The translations under genes were made by a program, and so were the position numbers. The notes under the pieces are model-generated. The model was not told the DNA's origin. It searched no databases and saw only the letters and a program-made list of their open reading frames with translations. Source: Octopus vulgaris (lineage: Eukaryota). From it: DNA of 64,000 nt. The stretch lies in contig OX597818.1 of NCBI GenBank assembly GCA_951406725.2, forward strand, positions 2,046,001 to 2,110,000. The letters run 5' to 3'. Below, piece by piece: positions 61,437 to 64,000 of the stretch (the stretch's first letter is position 1; every line of letters begins with the position of its first letter).

Positions 61437-62254
61437 TGCATGATCCACAACATGCACATATATACTAAATACATACACATACTTAGATATGTGTGTGTGA
61501 TTCTATTTTGATGTTTAAATTCTAAGTGAAAACCTTATTGAGGACAAAATCAGGAGGGCATAGGTGTGGAGAACAAGTTTTCTGGTCAGAAACTACGAAA
61601 GCGAAGAATGAATATAACTGTAACGAGTATCTTCAACAGAATATTAGATTAACTTTGAGAAGACATTAAGCCTTGATACATATAGACATAAATGCATACA
61701 TACATATCCCCACCCACACTCTTAAAATCATACGGATTATTTTTCGTAATCACGTTGTCTACAAAATTTATCATTTAAACATATTAGGTCGACAGAAAAG
61801 CGTTTTATAATGATGGGAGTTTAATGACAGTTTGCATGATTAACTGTTAATTATTCGGACAATTAAGCTAATCATCTTATTTTCTGTTGCTGTTCAGATG
61901 CCAACACATCGGCATGCTTATGGCAATGAATTTAAATGAGAACATAGACTCAATGTGAATTATATTTATCTCAAATTAATCACCTGTTAATGAGCAAAAC
62001 TGTCATTCACGAAATACAAATGTTTGAGGATTGACTATTGCACGCACTATTATTCACAATAGCAATTTACTGTTATTAATCAGAATCAACCAGAACCATT
62101 TTAATAGTAAATTTCTGGGCTGTTGATTGATTTCTTTGTCCTAATTGTTATTGTAAGTAACTGTATATCGACTTTATTCAGTTCTATATTTAAGAGATGA
62201 GGAATTATGTACATTATTTACATTTGACGGATATTTGTCCTCTTGTTTGTTGTT

Positions 62255-62300
62255 AACACAACGTTTCGGCTGATATACCCTCCAGCCTTCATCAGGTGTC
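62255..62300 (-). ncRNA. Minimal type I hammerhead ribozyme in the PLE tail
   Basis: GACAC-CTGATGAA-GGCTG-loop-CAGCC-GAAAC-GTT-GTGTT. Confidence 0.85.
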
Positions 62301-62380
62301 TTGGGGAAATTTCGAACCTGGGTTCTCATTCCTATGGTATTTTTCGATGTTGTTGTTATTATTTATTATTATTATTATTG

Positions 62381-62412
<32 letters not shown>

Positions 62413-62468
62413 GCACTTGGAATCTTGGGGTTAGTAGCCTACGCTCTTAACCGCTACGCCATATGCCC
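62413..62468 (-). other. tRNA-like half molecule (A box, D and anticodon arms) in the PLE 3' UTR
   Basis: GGGCATATGGCGTAGCGGTTAAGAGCGTAGGCTACTAACCCCAAGATTCCAAGT, broken by (AAT)n. Confidence 0.65.
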
Positions 62469-64000
62469 GTGGGCAATTATGGAGTGAATTTTTAAGGCTT
62501 ATAAATCTAATATTTTCCTATCCTTCCTTAATACTGGTTCCCATATGCTATTCATATCTGAACTCAGTCTGCTTAGAAGGTTGTTGTGTCCTAGCATATG
62601 AGCCGCTTCTTTCAGTTTTCGTATTTTCCAGTGGTGTTCTCTGTCTATTATTTTAAGTTCATCCCACAGTGGGAGGTGGTCTCCATTTTTCCATTCATGA
62701 TCAGCTATACCCAATTTATCAATATCTCCTCATGTCACAGCTTTCCTCTATCCTTATTTTGAGGGGGCGGTATGTTTCGCCTTTGTATAACCTACCACAG
62801 CTGCATGGGATGGAGTACACGCAGTTTTTGGTCATATTCTCTTCTATTGGTGGTTTTACTCGAAGGAGATATTTGCGAAGTGTTGTATTACTCTTGAATA
62901 CTGTCCTGATGGGCCGCATATCTTTTGTATCTTTTCAGAGAGGCATTTCACATAGGGTAGACATACTGTGGACAGTTTACTGGTTTCATCCTCTCTTTTC
63001 TTCATAATTGGAGTAGATAGTATGTTTTTGGGGTAGTTGCGGCTTAATAGATTGTTACTGAGCTTGATCATTTCTTCGTGGTGGGTATCACGATCGCTGC
63101 TTATATTTTTTGCGCGATATTTTAGGCACTGAGCAATCCCTCTCTTTACACTGTGTGGATGGTAGGAATTGAAGTTAAGGTATCTTCCAGTGAAGGTCGG
63201 CTTGCGGTATACGTATGTCCTGAATCCATACTTGGTGCGTGTTATTAATACGTCCAGGAATGCTAGCAGATTTTCTTTTTCCTTTTCCATTGTGAACTGT
63301 ATTGATGGCTTTATTGAGTTCACAAGATCTAACAGCACTTGGACATCTTCCTGGTGGGGCCAGAGTATAAAAGTGTCATTAACATATCGCAGCTATAGGG
63401 TTGGTTCTAGTGGTGTTGATACTAAAACCAAATTCTCAAAGTATTCCATGTATATATTGACTATTATAGGAGATAATGGTGAACCCATTGCTAAACCCTC
63501 TTCTTGTCGATATATATCAGTGTCCATACTGAAATAGGTAGTTTCTACACAGAAGGTCAACATTTCCATCAAGTTTCTTATTGGTATACTAGTGCGTTCT
63601 TTTAGATAGGTGTCTATCACTAGTTTCTCTTGAATCACCGATAGTGCTTCATCAGTTGGGACTTTGGTGAACAGACTTATCACATCTTGACTCGCCATCT
63701 GGTTGGATCCAATGGAAATATCCTTAATCAATTCTGTGAAGTGGGTGGAATTCTTTACGTACGATGTTGACTTTCTTGCTAATGGACTGATTATATCCAC
63801 AAGGAAGCGGCTCAATGGATGACATTCTGAACCTCTACCGTTCACTATAGGTCTAAATGGAATACCATCCTTATGAATTTTAGCGAGACCGAATAAGTGT
63901 GGTAGTTTACTGTAGTGTTGAGTCAGTTGTCTGTATTTCATTGGTGTAAAGTGATCCTTGTTCTTTGATCAAGATCTGTAACAACTTCCTCTCTATTTTC

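Larger units (their letters stand above)
62185..64000 (-). mobile_element. Penelope/Poseidon-type PLE, decayed, running off the window
   Basis: LAKIHK..PFRPIV, DVISLFTKVP, GLAMGSPLSP, RYVND, FLDV, YRKPT..GRYLNF.S.HP, VYSIPC.CG..YKGET; stop at 62499. Confidence 0.95.

Noticed and set aside
62413-62468. Functional tRNA-Ser gene
   Set aside because: The T arm and 3' acceptor strand are missing; treated as tRNA-derived sequence.

Overview
AT-rich, microsatellite-saturated animal DNA. The tRNA-derived SINE families and repeat landscape suggest a cephalopod (Octopus-like); this is inference. No host protein-coding exon is recognisable, and most short ORFs are translated (TA)n/(TATG)n/(CA)n. The window is a pile of mobile elements. 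It holds five Penelope-like elements (PLEs) with four different motif patterns, one of them young with an uninterrupted ~670-codon RT+GIY-YIG frame and 1.5-kb inverted arms. It also holds two head-to-tail full-length Tx1-clade LINEs in (TC)n plus two fragments, a decayed Ty3/Gypsy provirus, several LTRs, an RTE-type LINE, mariner and hAT fossils, non-autonomous Helitrons, a foldback MITE and SINEs. The most striking unannotated signal is 11 hammerhead-ribozyme-like folds plus one truncated copy. Their cores differ systematically: C3:G8, G3:C8 and U3:A8 compensatory versions, plus C4 and U6 variants. One lies downstream of a tRNA-like/Pol III-box segment in a PLE tail. All calls were made by eye; no database search or folding program was run.
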